Shown here: positions 9,480-18,594 of the stretch, piece by piece
Layout of the letters: each line of letters opens with the position of its first letter
Numbering within the stretch: position 1 is the first letter of the stretch
DNA from: an uncultured Bacteroidales bacterium
GTDB lineage: Bacteria > Bacteroidota > Bacteroidia > Bacteroidales > VadinHA17
Direction of reading: 5' to 3'
Length of the DNA: 64,000 nt
NCBI GenBank assembly: GCA_963737255.1
Contig: CAVTSB010000001.1
Location: forward strand, 528,379 to 592,378
Made by a program: the position numbers and the translations under genes
Notes under the pieces: model-generated
Told to the model about the DNA's origin: nothing
The model's input: the letters and a program-made list of their open reading frames with translations, nothing else
Databases searched by the model: none

Positions 9480-11801
9480 GTGAAAAACTTATTATTGATA
9501 TTCCGGAAACTGAGAAAGAGCAAGTCGGCTACTTTACTTGGGATCGCCGGACTTGTGGTCGGAATGATGTGCGTGTTCTGCATTTTTCTGCTGGTGACCG
9601 ATGAAATCAGCTATGACCGTTTTCATAAGCAGGTTGACCGTATCGTTGTGGTTCACGCTTATCTTGAAGGCGGGACTGATAAAGTTGATTTCAACGGTTG
9701 TCCGCCTGCAGTGGCTACCGCTTTAAGGGATGAATACCCGGAGGTTGAAACTACCTGCCGTTACATTCCGCCATATATACAATATCTGGTTGCTTACGGA
9801 GAAAACAGATACATTGAACGAACGGCTTTTGCCGACTTTACATTTTTTGATATTTTTTCGTTCCCGTTTGTTTACGGCGATAAAGGAGAAGCTGACACCC
9901 CTGACAGGATTGTTCTCACAGAGACAGTTGCCCGAAAATATTTCGGAAAAACCAATCCTGTCGGGAAAATTGTCAGGATGGATAACCGGGTCGACATGAC
10001 TGTGGTAGGGGTAATTAAAGACATCCCAAACAATTCGTCTATTACTTTCGATGCATTGATTCCACTCGAGAACATTCGGGTTAATTATTCGAGAACCGAC
10101 TATTTGTCAAGCTGGTACAACAATGGTTTTGTAACATTTGGCTTACTTACCACTCCTGAAGGTTTTGGGAAAGTAGCATCAACAATTACCCGGCGTATTC
10201 AGAAGGAATTGCCTGAATCGACTAATTACCTGAGAGCTTATAAATTTAAAGATGGCTATTTGTATGAACAGAAACATATCCGTAATGTTCGCATTTTCAG
10301 TATGATTGCATTGCTGGTCCTGTTAGCTGCAACGTTGAATTTCATTAATCTGAACACTGCCCGCTCGTCGAAGCAGGCAAAGGAAACAGGCTTGCGTAAA
10401 ACATTCGGGGCATCACGCATGAATGTGGTACGTTTGATCTATTCCGATGTGGCAATAATCTGTCTTCTGTCTTTTGCACTTGCTGTTCTGCTGGTCTATG
10501 CCGGATTGCCATTAATTAACAGGGTGATCGGGAAGGAAATCAGTATGGCAACAATGTTTTCATTCATACCTCTGGTTGTACTGTTCGTCATATACCTGCT
10601 GACGGTCCTGTTAGCTGGTAGTTATCCGGCGTTTTTTCTCTCATCGTTTTCTCCTGCCCAGATATTAAGTTCAAACTTCCAGACAGTCAAAAACCGGGGC
10701 ATTTTCCGAAATACGCTTGTAGTCGTAATGTTTGTTGTTTCGATTATATTGCTTTCATCGACCCTGGTTATATCGAAGCAAACCGGATACATGCAGAAGA
10801 TGGACCTCGGCTTCGAAAAAGATCAGTTGATGTATATCAGTCTTAAGGGGAAACTGAAAGAACAGGTCCAGGCCCTGAAACAAGAGCTGGGAAGTTCTCC
10901 CGGTGTGATTTCCACATCCGTTGTTTCCTACCTGCCTACTCAGATTGGGAATAATGGTGAAGGTTGGACCTGGGAGGGGAAAGACCCTAATTTCAAACCA
11001 TTGGTTACATCATGGGAAACGGACGAAGATTTTCTTAAAACATTCGGGGCAAAAATGGTTGAAGGTGATTTTTTTAATAAGGATCAGGAAGGAATCGTTA
11101 TCAACAAGACATTTGCCGATATAATAGGCTGGGATAGTTTTACCGGCAGGACATTGACCGGTTATGGAACACCATACCGTGTCCTGGGCGTTATTAAGGA
11201 TATACATTTTAATTCATTGGCAGCTGAGACAAAACCGATGTATATGGAAATGGTGGACAACTTAAAAAATTACCTGATCATTAAGGTAAATACTGACAAT
11301 ATTGGCAATACGATCGATTTTATCCGGAAAAGCTGCCAGGCTATTGAACCTTCGTTCCCTGTTGATTATGCTTTTTTAAATGACAGGTACGATCAACTGC
11401 TGGCATCCGAAATCAACCTGAAAAAGCTGGTTGGCATTTTTTCAGTTTTTGCCATTGTTGTATTATTCCTGGGCCTGTCAGGCATGGTCATGTTCCTTAT
11501 TGAACAAAAAACAAAAGAAATAGGTATCCGGAAATGTCTGGGTGAAAAAGTATTGTCGATTACCGGTCAGATAATAAAACCATTTCTGATTTCAGGGATA
11601 ATAGCAATAATAATTGCTGTTCCGGTAACATTGTATGTGATGGAGCGCTGGCTTCAGAGTTATGCTTATCATATTTCTCCTGATATCCGTGCTTTTTTAA
11701 TATCCGGAACTATCATAATCGGAATAGCTTTACTGACAGTGTTATTTAAAAGTCTGAAGGCTGCAACAAGGAACCCGGTTGAGGCATTACGGTATGAATG
11801 A
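9480..11801 (+). CDS. MacB/FtsX-family ABC transporter permease
   Basis: DEISYDRFH, NFINLNTAR...KETGLRKTFGA, KEIGIRK, NPVEALRYE; intact 773 aa. Confidence 0.92.
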   Translation: MKNLLLIFRKLRKSKSATLLGIAGLVVGMMCVFCIFLLVTDEISYDRFHKQVDRIVVVHAYLEGGTDKVDFNGCPPAVATALRDEYPEVETTCRYIPPYIQYLVAYGENRYIERTAFADFTFFDIFSFPFVYGDKGEADTPDRIVLTETVARKYFGKTNPVGKIVRMDNRVDMTVVGVIKDIPNNSSITFDALIPLENIRVNYSRTDYLSSWYNNGFVTFGLLTTPEGFGKVASTITRRIQKELPESTNYLRAYKFKDGYLYEQKHIRNVRIFSMIALLVLLAATLNFINLNTARSSKQAKETGLRKTFGASRMNVVRLIYSDVAIICLLSFALAVLLVYAGLPLINRVIGKEISMATMFSFIPLVVLFVIYLLTVLLAGSYPAFFLSSFSPAQILSSNFQTVKNRGIFRNTLVVVMFVVSIILLSSTLVISKQTGYMQKMDLGFEKDQLMYISLKGKLKEQVQALKQELGSSPGVISTSVVSYLPTQIGNNGEGWTWEGKDPNFKPLVTSWETDEDFLKTFGAKMVEGDFFNKDQEGIVINKTFADIIGWDSFTGRTLTGYGTPYRVLGVIKDIHFNSLAAETKPMYMEMVDNLKNYLIIKVNTDNIGNTIDFIRKSCQAIEPSFPVDYAFLNDRYDQLLASEINLKKLVGIFSVFAIVVLFLGLSGMVMFLIEQKTKEIGIRKCLGEKVLSITGQIIKPFLISGIIAIIIAVPVTLYVMERWLQSYAYHISPDIRAFLISGTIIIGIALLTVLFKSLKAATRNPVEALRYE

Positions 11802-12098
11802 ACTTTTCAGGCCTGCGCTGCAATTGTGACTGGTTAATCATGCAATTAAATCCTGAAATAATATCCAGGTTATTGCTGACTATTTACCCGGATAATGTTT
11901 AACTTGAACTGATTTTATGAAGATTGAAAGTCAGGCAGGCGTAGATAATGGGGTAATATACGGGGAGGGGAGGATGTCGCTTTTGTGACTGACGGGGCTG
12001 TGGTTTGTCAATAATGATGCATGAGTTGATGGAATCAGGTTAATTTACAAACGAAAGCATAACTTTATCCGCACAGGACTGATAAAAAATTTATACTG

Positions 12099-13314
12099 AT
12101 GAAAAACGCAATTATCAAATTCAGCGCTCTGATAGTGCCGGTTATTCTTTTCGGATGTTCATCAGGTGTTCAATCGCCTCAGCAGGAAGAGAAACCGGCA
12201 AAAAACGATTATTATGTGGCGGCGTATATCTGGCCGTCGTGCCACGACGATTCGTTGGGCAGGGAGAAGCTGTGGCCGGAAGGCACCGGCGAATGGGAAG
12301 TGATTAAAAAGGGCAATCCCCGTTTCGACGGACACTACCAGCCCCGTCAGCCGCTCTGGGGTTATGAACTGGACAACGATCCGAAAGTGGTTGAAAAATG
12401 GATTGATGCAGCCACTGACCATGGTGTAAATGTATTCGTTTACGACTGGTACTGGTATGAAGGGGGCCCATTCCTGGAAAGCGCCCTTAACGATGGTTTC
12501 CTGAAAGCCAGGAACAATGAAAAAATGCAGTTTTACATCATGTGGGCCAACCACGATGTGAAGTACAATTACTGGAACTATCACCGTTACAAGGACAATA
12601 CTGATATCCTGTGGAACGCCAAGGTGGACTGGAAAAACTATCAGATCATCGTCGACAGGGTCATCAACCAGTATTTCAAGCGACCGAACTATTTTAAAAT
12701 TAACGGCGAACCTGTATTTTCAATCTTCAGCGTGAACAAACTGCTGGAAAGCTTTGGCGACAGTGCGGAAGAAGCCCGTAAAGCGCTTGATTATTTCCGT
12801 GATGAAGTGAAAAAGGCCGGTTTCCCCGGGCTTGCATATCCAGTGGAACCAGGGCGGCGGCTCAGTGATGTCGGAAGAGGCAGCCGCGAAGTTTACCAGC
12901 AGTGTGAAAGCAATGGGTTTCAACAGTGTTGCCATGTACAATATGGGTGGACTCGATGAAGATTATATTGTTTATGGCACCAATTCTATCAAGATACGGG
13001 AACAGATGGACGCTATTCTGGATGTACCGGTCTTTCCCTGCGTGTCAATCGGATGGGACGATACGCCGCGTTTTCCCGCAAAAGGCATCCATGATGTGGT
13101 GCACTACAACAACACACCCCAGAGTTTTGCAGCCCTGCTCTCCAAAGCAAAAAAATATGCCGACAGCCATCCCGAACAGCCCAGGCTGATCACAATCAAC
13201 GCATGGAACGAATGGGTGGAAGGCAGTTACCTGTTGCCCGACATGCTCAACGGATTCGGTTATCTGGAAGCAGTGAAGGAGGTGATCATTGACGGTAAAT
13301 ACGACAGGTATTAA
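12099..13314 (+). CDS. Glycoside hydrolase family 99-like (WbsX) lipoprotein, one frameshift near 12830
   Basis: ORFs 12099-12959 and 12832-13314 join as GFPG/LHIQW; motifs FVYDWYWY, MWANHD, GWDDTPR, NAWNEWVEGSYLLPD. Confidence 0.82.
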
Positions 13315-13341
13315 ACCGGGAGGAGAATGTTTACAAACCGT

Positions 13342-13377
13342 TAAAAATAAGACGACTCGTTGATTTTTTATAACGTC
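13342..13377 (+). repeat. 3' end of the long cassette-spacer element (variant)
   Basis: AAAAATAAGAC...TTGATTTTTTATAAC-GTC resembles the 43905-43946 copy. Confidence 0.5.
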
Positions 13378-13411
13378 AGGCACAATAATAACTTAAAACA
13401 AATTTAATGAT

Positions 13412-14080
13412 ATGAGACAAACTTTCTTTATTTTCCTTTTTTTGCCGGGTCTGATCTTTCTTACCTCTTGTGAAAAGAAAAAAGATTTACTTATCGATGG
13501 TGATGGTAATGTGTATGAAACACTAACTATTGGTTCACAGGAATGGCTGACTGAGAATCTTAAGACCACAAAGTACAATGATGGCACTCCGATTACTTTA
13601 ATAACCGAAGGTAATGAATGGTCACTGACAACTGCAGGAGCTTATTGCTGGTATGACAATAATCCTGCATTTTATAAAGATACTCTGGGTGCATTATATA
13701 ACTGGTATGCCGTTGATACAAGGAAGCTTTGCCCGAAAGGATGGCATGTGCCTTCCGGAGAAGAGTGGACAACAATGATTACTTATCTGGGAGGGGATGA
13801 TGTGGCCGGTGGAAAATTAAAATATATTGGTACTGACTATTGGTTATATCCAAATGAGGGGGCCACTAACGAAACCTCGTTCTCTGCGCTTGGTGCCGGC
13901 TTCAGATTTTACCTTGATGGAGACTTTCGGAAAATCGGGATTGACAGTTATTTTTGGTCTTCATCAGAAGCAACAAATACTACAGCGTACAGGCTGGGCT
14001 TAAACCATTTTATCGAAGGGGCACTCTATTCTACAAGTACCAAACCTCATGGTTTTAGCGTACGGTGCACGAAGGATTAA
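13412..14080 (+). CDS. Fibrobacter succinogenes major paralogous domain lipoprotein
   Basis: Lipobox LTSC; DGDGNVY..IGSQEWLTENL, LYNWYAV, LCPKGWHVPS..EW, GFSVRC. Confidence 0.9.
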   Translation: MRQTFFIFLFLPGLIFLTSCEKKKDLLIDGDGNVYETLTIGSQEWLTENLKTTKYNDGTPITLITEGNEWSLTTAGAYCWYDNNPAFYKDTLGALYNWYAVDTRKLCPKGWHVPSGEEWTTMITYLGGDDVAGGKLKYIGTDYWLYPNEGATNETSFSALGAGFRFYLDGDFRKIGIDSYFWSSSEATNTTAYRLGLNHFIEGALYSTSTKPHGFSVRCTKD

Positions 14081-14129
14081 AAACAAAGGCAGCTAATATC
14101 GGTTGAAATTCAAATTTATAACAACCTAC

Positions 14130-14828
14130 ATGAAAACACGTAATATTTTGTGTCTCTGCTATTGCCTGGCCTTTATATTCTCCTGTTCTGTTTCAGGTCA
14201 GTCTTCTTTTCTTAAACACTATGAAACCAGGGAATCATTGGAATCAGATGGCAATGAGATTATTGCCGAATTCGACCTGTTCATTAAGGACCAGGGTTTT
14301 AGTCTACCCGCTATTCCAAAAGTAAAAATTCAAACTGAACCATCGTTAATCAGAATAGACAGGCAAAATAATACTGTTATTGTGCCTTATTGGGACGACC
14401 TGACAAATGATCAGAAAGAGATTTTTAAATCATGGAGAGGCGAAAATGCCGAGGAGTTGTTTGTTTTAATGTTCAACTGGTTTTTTATACCACATGAACT
14501 TGGCCATTTTATTAATCCGATGATTCATGATTTAAATCCTTATCAATGTGAGCGGGAAGCAAACGAGGTTGCTGTAATGTTTTTCAGAAGAAATCCTGAA
14601 AATTTTGAAAAGCTTGATTTTCTAAAGAAATCATTAACGCAAGTTCTGGAAATTCTGCCAAAAATTGATTTTGGTAATATGTCAGAAGCGGAATATTTCA
14701 ATGCCAATTATCAGAAGATTGGGAATAACCCAAATGTATACGGGTACTTTCAACTCAAGTTTATACTGAACATATTAAATAATCAGAAAGATTTTAGTAT
14801 TAAAAAGTATTTTGATCAGCAATTATGA
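14130..14828 (+). CDS. Hypothetical exported protein with HExxH metallopeptidase-like motif
   Basis: Likely start ATG 14130; HELGH followed by EREAN. Confidence 0.65.
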   Translation: MKTRNILCLCYCLAFIFSCSVSGQSSFLKHYETRESLESDGNEIIAEFDLFIKDQGFSLPAIPKVKIQTEPSLIRIDRQNNTVIVPYWDDLTNDQKEIFKSWRGENAEELFVLMFNWFFIPHELGHFINPMIHDLNPYQCEREANEVAVMFFRRNPENFEKLDFLKKSLTQVLEILPKIDFGNMSEAEYFNANYQKIGNNPNVYGYFQLKFILNILNNQKDFSIKKYFDQQL

Positions 14829-14831
14829 TCA

Positions 14832-14896
14832 TTTCGGATTTCAGATTTCGGATTGTGTGTTTCTAAATCCGCAATCCGCAATCCGCAATCCGCAAT
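14832..14896. repeat. Inverted heptamer module (TTTCGGA)n ... (ATCCGCA)n
   Basis: Four tandem ATCCGCA units facing TTTCGGA-type units; homologous module at 16003-16080. Confidence 0.85.
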
Positions 14897-14934
14897 AATT
14901 TAACCGATTATTTCTTCTTTCTGCTGGTTACAAT

Positions 14935-14982
14935 CCGATAAAATAGGACCACTTTTTGATGATTTATAACGAATTAGGTTTC
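14935..14982 (+). repeat. 3' end of the long spacer element plus cassette start (ATTAGGTTTC)
   Basis: CACTTTTTGATGATTTATAACGA-ATTAGGTTTC; the final 10 bp complement GAAACGCTAAT (15897-15907) with one bulge. Confidence 0.75.
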
Positions 14983-15125
14983 ATAGCCTCGAATTAACAG
15001 ACTATCTGCATCTTAACCATTTACATGAAACTCAAAGATTTCACACCATGACGACTGAACTTCTTCCCAACTGGACAAAAAAAAATAGAAAAGCAGACAA
15101 CCTGCTAACTTTAAATTATCTAAAA

Positions 15126-15857
15126 ATGAAATTAAATCCGTTATTAGTCATCGCACTTTGTGCATTGTATTTTTCTGGATGCGGATCGAATCCTACAGGA
15201 GATATAGATGCGATTAGCAAAAACCCATATGATACTTTAATCATTAGAAAAATAAGTAATGAATTATATATTTGTACCTGTAACCCCAATAAATCTTTTC
15301 CAAGCGGAGCAGGGAATTTATATTTTCAAGGAAAATGGAAACAAGATTTAGTAAACAAGGAGGTTGATTATAGAAATTGTGATGAGAGATTTTTAATTCA
15401 ATGGGATTTATCCGAATTACCAAAGGGGATTGAGATAGTCGAAGCTAAAATGGAGTTGTATTGTAATGATTTTAAAGGTGATAAACAAGGACAATTAGTA
15501 TACGAGTCTATAACTGAACCATGGAATGCTGATATTGGATATAGCAAAAAACCAAATACCATAATTGATGATAGAGTCTTAACTGATTGGCCAAAAGCGA
15601 AACAAAATCATGTCATAGATATTACAAATTTTATTAAAAAATGGTACTATAATGAAATTCCTAATTATGGATTGATGGGGTATAGTATTAATACTGAAAC
15701 TACGAATTCGGCAGTGTTTTGTTCTTCCATATATCCCGATAAAGCATTACAGCCAAAACTTGTAGTTATTTTTAAAAAGAATAAAGCATTTAATAAAAGT
15801 AAAGAAATTGTATATGATCAGGACCAGATTTCTGAAATAGACGGAATACATCTATAA
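15126..15857 (+). CDS. DNRLRE-domain (CBM96-like) lipoprotein
   Basis: Likely start 15126, lipobox FSGC; RFLIQWDLSELP..IVEAKMELY, DIT..IKKW...PNYGLM, PKLVV. Confidence 0.72.
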   Translation: MKLNPLLVIALCALYFSGCGSNPTGDIDAISKNPYDTLIIRKISNELYICTCNPNKSFPSGAGNLYFQGKWKQDLVNKEVDYRNCDERFLIQWDLSELPKGIEIVEAKMELYCNDFKGDKQGQLVYESITEPWNADIGYSKKPNTIIDDRVLTDWPKAKQNHVIDITNFIKKWYYNEIPNYGLMGYSINTETTNSAVFCSSIYPDKALQPKLVVIFKKNKAFNKSKEIVYDQDQISEIDGIHL

Positions 15858-15904
15858 AAGGACTGATTCACACCCTGACCAGATTTAACATGCTACGAAA
15901 CGCT

Positions 15905-16287
15905 AATACACAGGGCTTTAAATGGTGCGTAGCACCCGGTGGGGATCTCCGGTTGAATTTTATCCGTAACAGAAGGATAATCTGCAAGAATTTATTATGA
16001 TCATTTTGGATTTCGCCCGCCTGCCGGCAAGCAGGTATTTCGGATTGTATGTTTCTTAATCCGCAATCCGCAATCCGCATTCAGGAGATCAGGAGCCCGT
16101 TCGATGATCTTTAAGGTATTCCGGGAAAATATCCTTTTCATGGATTTTAATAAGTAAAAGATATGAGTTTACTTAATAATTGAGGTAATGGGTGTTGAGG
16201 GTTATGATACCCAAAAAAACAACCCGGATGGATACTGTTTACAACCCCGCAAAAATTAGACAACTTTTTGGTGATTTATAACGAGTT
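15905..16287 (+). repeat. Full-length (~383 bp) intergenic cassette-spacer element, copy A
   Basis: AATACACAGGGCTTTAAATGGTGCGTAGCACCCGGTGG ... GGGAAAATATCCTTTTCATGGAT ... TTTTTGGTGATTTATAACGAGTT; colinear with the copy at 41035-41390. Confidence 0.85.
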
Positions 16288-16353
16288 ATGTGTAAGGTTG
16301 GGCGCATCCGGACATAAAAAAAATAGTTACCTTTAAGGGATCATTCTTATAAA

Positions 16354-17190
16354 ATGACAGATTCGTGGTCAAAAATAGAAGTAGCATTAATTGTCGCTGA
16401 CTATTTTGATATGCTCAGCAAAGAGCTAAGCCGGTTTCCATATAAAAAAGCAGACCATAGAAGACAAATATTACTTCTTCTTAATAACAGATCAGAAGGA
16501 TCGATCGAATTTAAGCATCAAAATATCAGCGCAATACTGATAAATCTTGGTAGACCATATATCACTGGATATTTGCCACGTTATAATTACCAAAACCTGT
16601 TGGAAGACGAAGTTATAGACTACCTGATACATCATTCTGAAATTGAATCCGATTTCCACCAGTTTGTTGAAAAGGATTTAATTAAGCCACAAACCAGACT
16701 TGACTTTGAAAAAATTATTGTAACGCCTCCCGAGATGCTTACTGTAACTGAACCGAAACCATTATATAAACATAAAACTATTAAAATTAATTACTTAGAG
16801 AAAGAACAATCAAACAAAGTCATCGGACTATATGGAGAAGAAATAGTTATCGAGTATGAAAAATGGAATCTCATCAGATTAGGGAAAGACAAACTAGCTG
16901 ACAAAATTAAATGGATTTCAAAAGAAGAAGGTGATGGGGCTGGTTTTGACATCCTATCAAAAAACCTAAATGGAACAGATAAATATATCGAAGTAAAGAC
17001 GACCAGACTTGGAAAGGAAACACCCTTTTTCTTCTCTTCAAATGAACTTCAGTTTTCGATTAACAAAGCCACATATTATCATTTATACAGATTATTCAAT
17101 GTCGAAAGTGATGTTAAGCTCTTTCAAAAAAATGGGGCCTTGAATACTATTTGCAATTCTATTCCGACAATGTATAAGGGTTATTTCTAA
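16354..17190 (+). CDS. DUF3883 (NOV-C)-domain PD-(D/E)xK restriction-endonuclease-like protein
   Basis: N-terminal WSKIEVALIVADYFDML...SIEFKHQNISA; C-terminal GEE..IEYE, GDGAGFDILS, YIEVKTT, FFFSSNEL, YHLYRLF. Confidence 0.82.
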   Translation: MTDSWSKIEVALIVADYFDMLSKELSRFPYKKADHRRQILLLLNNRSEGSIEFKHQNISAILINLGRPYITGYLPRYNYQNLLEDEVIDYLIHHSEIESDFHQFVEKDLIKPQTRLDFEKIIVTPPEMLTVTEPKPLYKHKTIKINYLEKEQSNKVIGLYGEEIVIEYEKWNLIRLGKDKLADKIKWISKEEGDGAGFDILSKNLNGTDKYIEVKTTRLGKETPFFFSSNELQFSINKATYYHLYRLFNVESDVKLFQKNGALNTICNSIPTMYKGYF

Positions 17191-17236
17191 TAATCATGTC
17201 CAATATTTTTCTTATACCATGACAGTTTTAAATATA

Positions 17237-17742
17237 CCCTCCACATAAAACGGACGGTATAATTATTAAGCTCTTCCCAGTTTTTGCCCCGCCTCAGCGG
17301 GATTTCATCGCTTCCCTCCTCAACTTTTGCTCCTGCACCCAGATAGATTCGTAATGGTTCTTGCACCCGGACACCAGCCTTCGCTACCACCTTCACTTCG
17401 TTTCGGCGGCCAAAGAAAGCTACGGCTGTCAAAGCGCGCATCCACACCCAATTAAATCCTGCAACGTGATAAATTTCTGGCTCCAAGACAGTTTGTACCG
17501 CGACACTTCGCCAGTGCCCCCAACAAAAATCCTGTACCGTGATAGTTTACTGGCTCCGATCAAACTTGTATCGCGACACTCGTAATGCTCAATAAAATTT
17601 GTACCATTACCGATAGCTATCGGGAGGCAAAAAGTGCGCCATACACTTGCACTATGATCCGCCAGCAGGCAGAGCTAAAGTACCGGGATTGGTATCCGGT
17701 GCTTGCGTCGGGTAACACATCCTACCCATATTGCCGGGCGTT
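17237..17742 (+). repeat. ~505-bp non-coding attC-like spacer with an internal 43-bp direct repeat
   Basis: Starts CCCTCCACATAAA (complements the 16285 cassette start), ends CCCATATTGCCGGGC-GTT; 17465-17507 vs 17538-17580 match at 33/43 positions. Confidence 0.6.
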
Positions 17743-17892
17743 ATAGTTAATTGCCAAATTATCTGCACATTAGACAACTCCACAAGCAACTATCTATTAC
17801 TTAAAATCAACATTTTCATAGAATTTATTCTGGATATAGCAAATTGGCTTAATTCTTGATAATGTTCAACATACTCCTAAATACCTGAAACA

Positions 17893-18516
17893 ATGAAAAA
17901 ATCTATTTTGACTTCTATTGTTTTCATTTTGACTACGATTCTTTATGGCCAACAGGACCCCTTTGGCAACAGTGACCAAGACAACCTTAATTTTAAATCG
18001 GTAATTAAGATTTCTGTCTCCCCAACTGAAAATATTGCTCTATACAACCAACCTGTAGAAGGTGGACCAGGACGGAAGTTTAAACCCGGATTTAGTACTT
18101 CGTTTGAATATTTATTCCGCAGCAATAAAAAAATAAATCTTGGATTTGGATTGTGTTATCAATTCGCTCAAGCAGAGTACACTCCGAATATGAATACTGG
18201 TGATTTTACAGGACAGATTGATAAGATTAGTGTTATATCATTCAACTTTTCAACCATCTATAAATCAAAGAAGGACTTTTATCTAAGCCTCAATCCAATG
18301 GTAACGCTGCAACTTAATTACAATTCAGATTTCATAACAGATAAGCAAACCGGACTTGGCCTATCCTTTTCAGTTGGAAAATATTTCAATCTTAACGATA
18401 AGCTTCGACTAAACGTCGAACCAAAACTTTGGATTCACAATATTGTTCCATTCCGGAACGAAAATCTACCTTTAAGACTGACTATTTTCGGATTAAATCT
18501 TGGATTAGTTTTCTGA
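17893..18516 (+). CDS. Outer-membrane beta-barrel protein
   Basis: Signal peptide, alternating amphipathic strands, C-terminal GLNLGLVF. Confidence 0.75.
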   Translation: MKKSILTSIVFILTTILYGQQDPFGNSDQDNLNFKSVIKISVSPTENIALYNQPVEGGPGRKFKPGFSTSFEYLFRSNKKINLGFGLCYQFAQAEYTPNMNTGDFTGQIDKISVISFNFSTIYKSKKDFYLSLNPMVTLQLNYNSDFITDKQTGLGLSFSVGKYFNLNDKLRLNVEPKLWIHNIVPFRNENLPLRLTIFGLNLGLVF

Positions 18517-18594
18517 AAAAGTTTCAGCCAACTCCCGTTATGGTTAAGCTGGGGCATACAGATTTAAATTTGACTTCTTTAATATCTTCATACT

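Noticed and set aside
15868-16080. Small ORFs in spacers (15868-16080, 17187-17486, 17361-17585, 49182-49520, 58978-59214, 59427-59618)
   Set aside because: They are translations of repeats (e.g. MRIADCGLR from heptamers, PACRQAG from a mini-palindrome) or of the tRNA.
16272-16297. Xer dif/pdif site (TTTATAA-CGAG-TTATGTGTAAG)
   Set aside because: The centre is 4 bp rather than 6 bp, and the right half changes with each cassette, so there is no conserved XerD arm.
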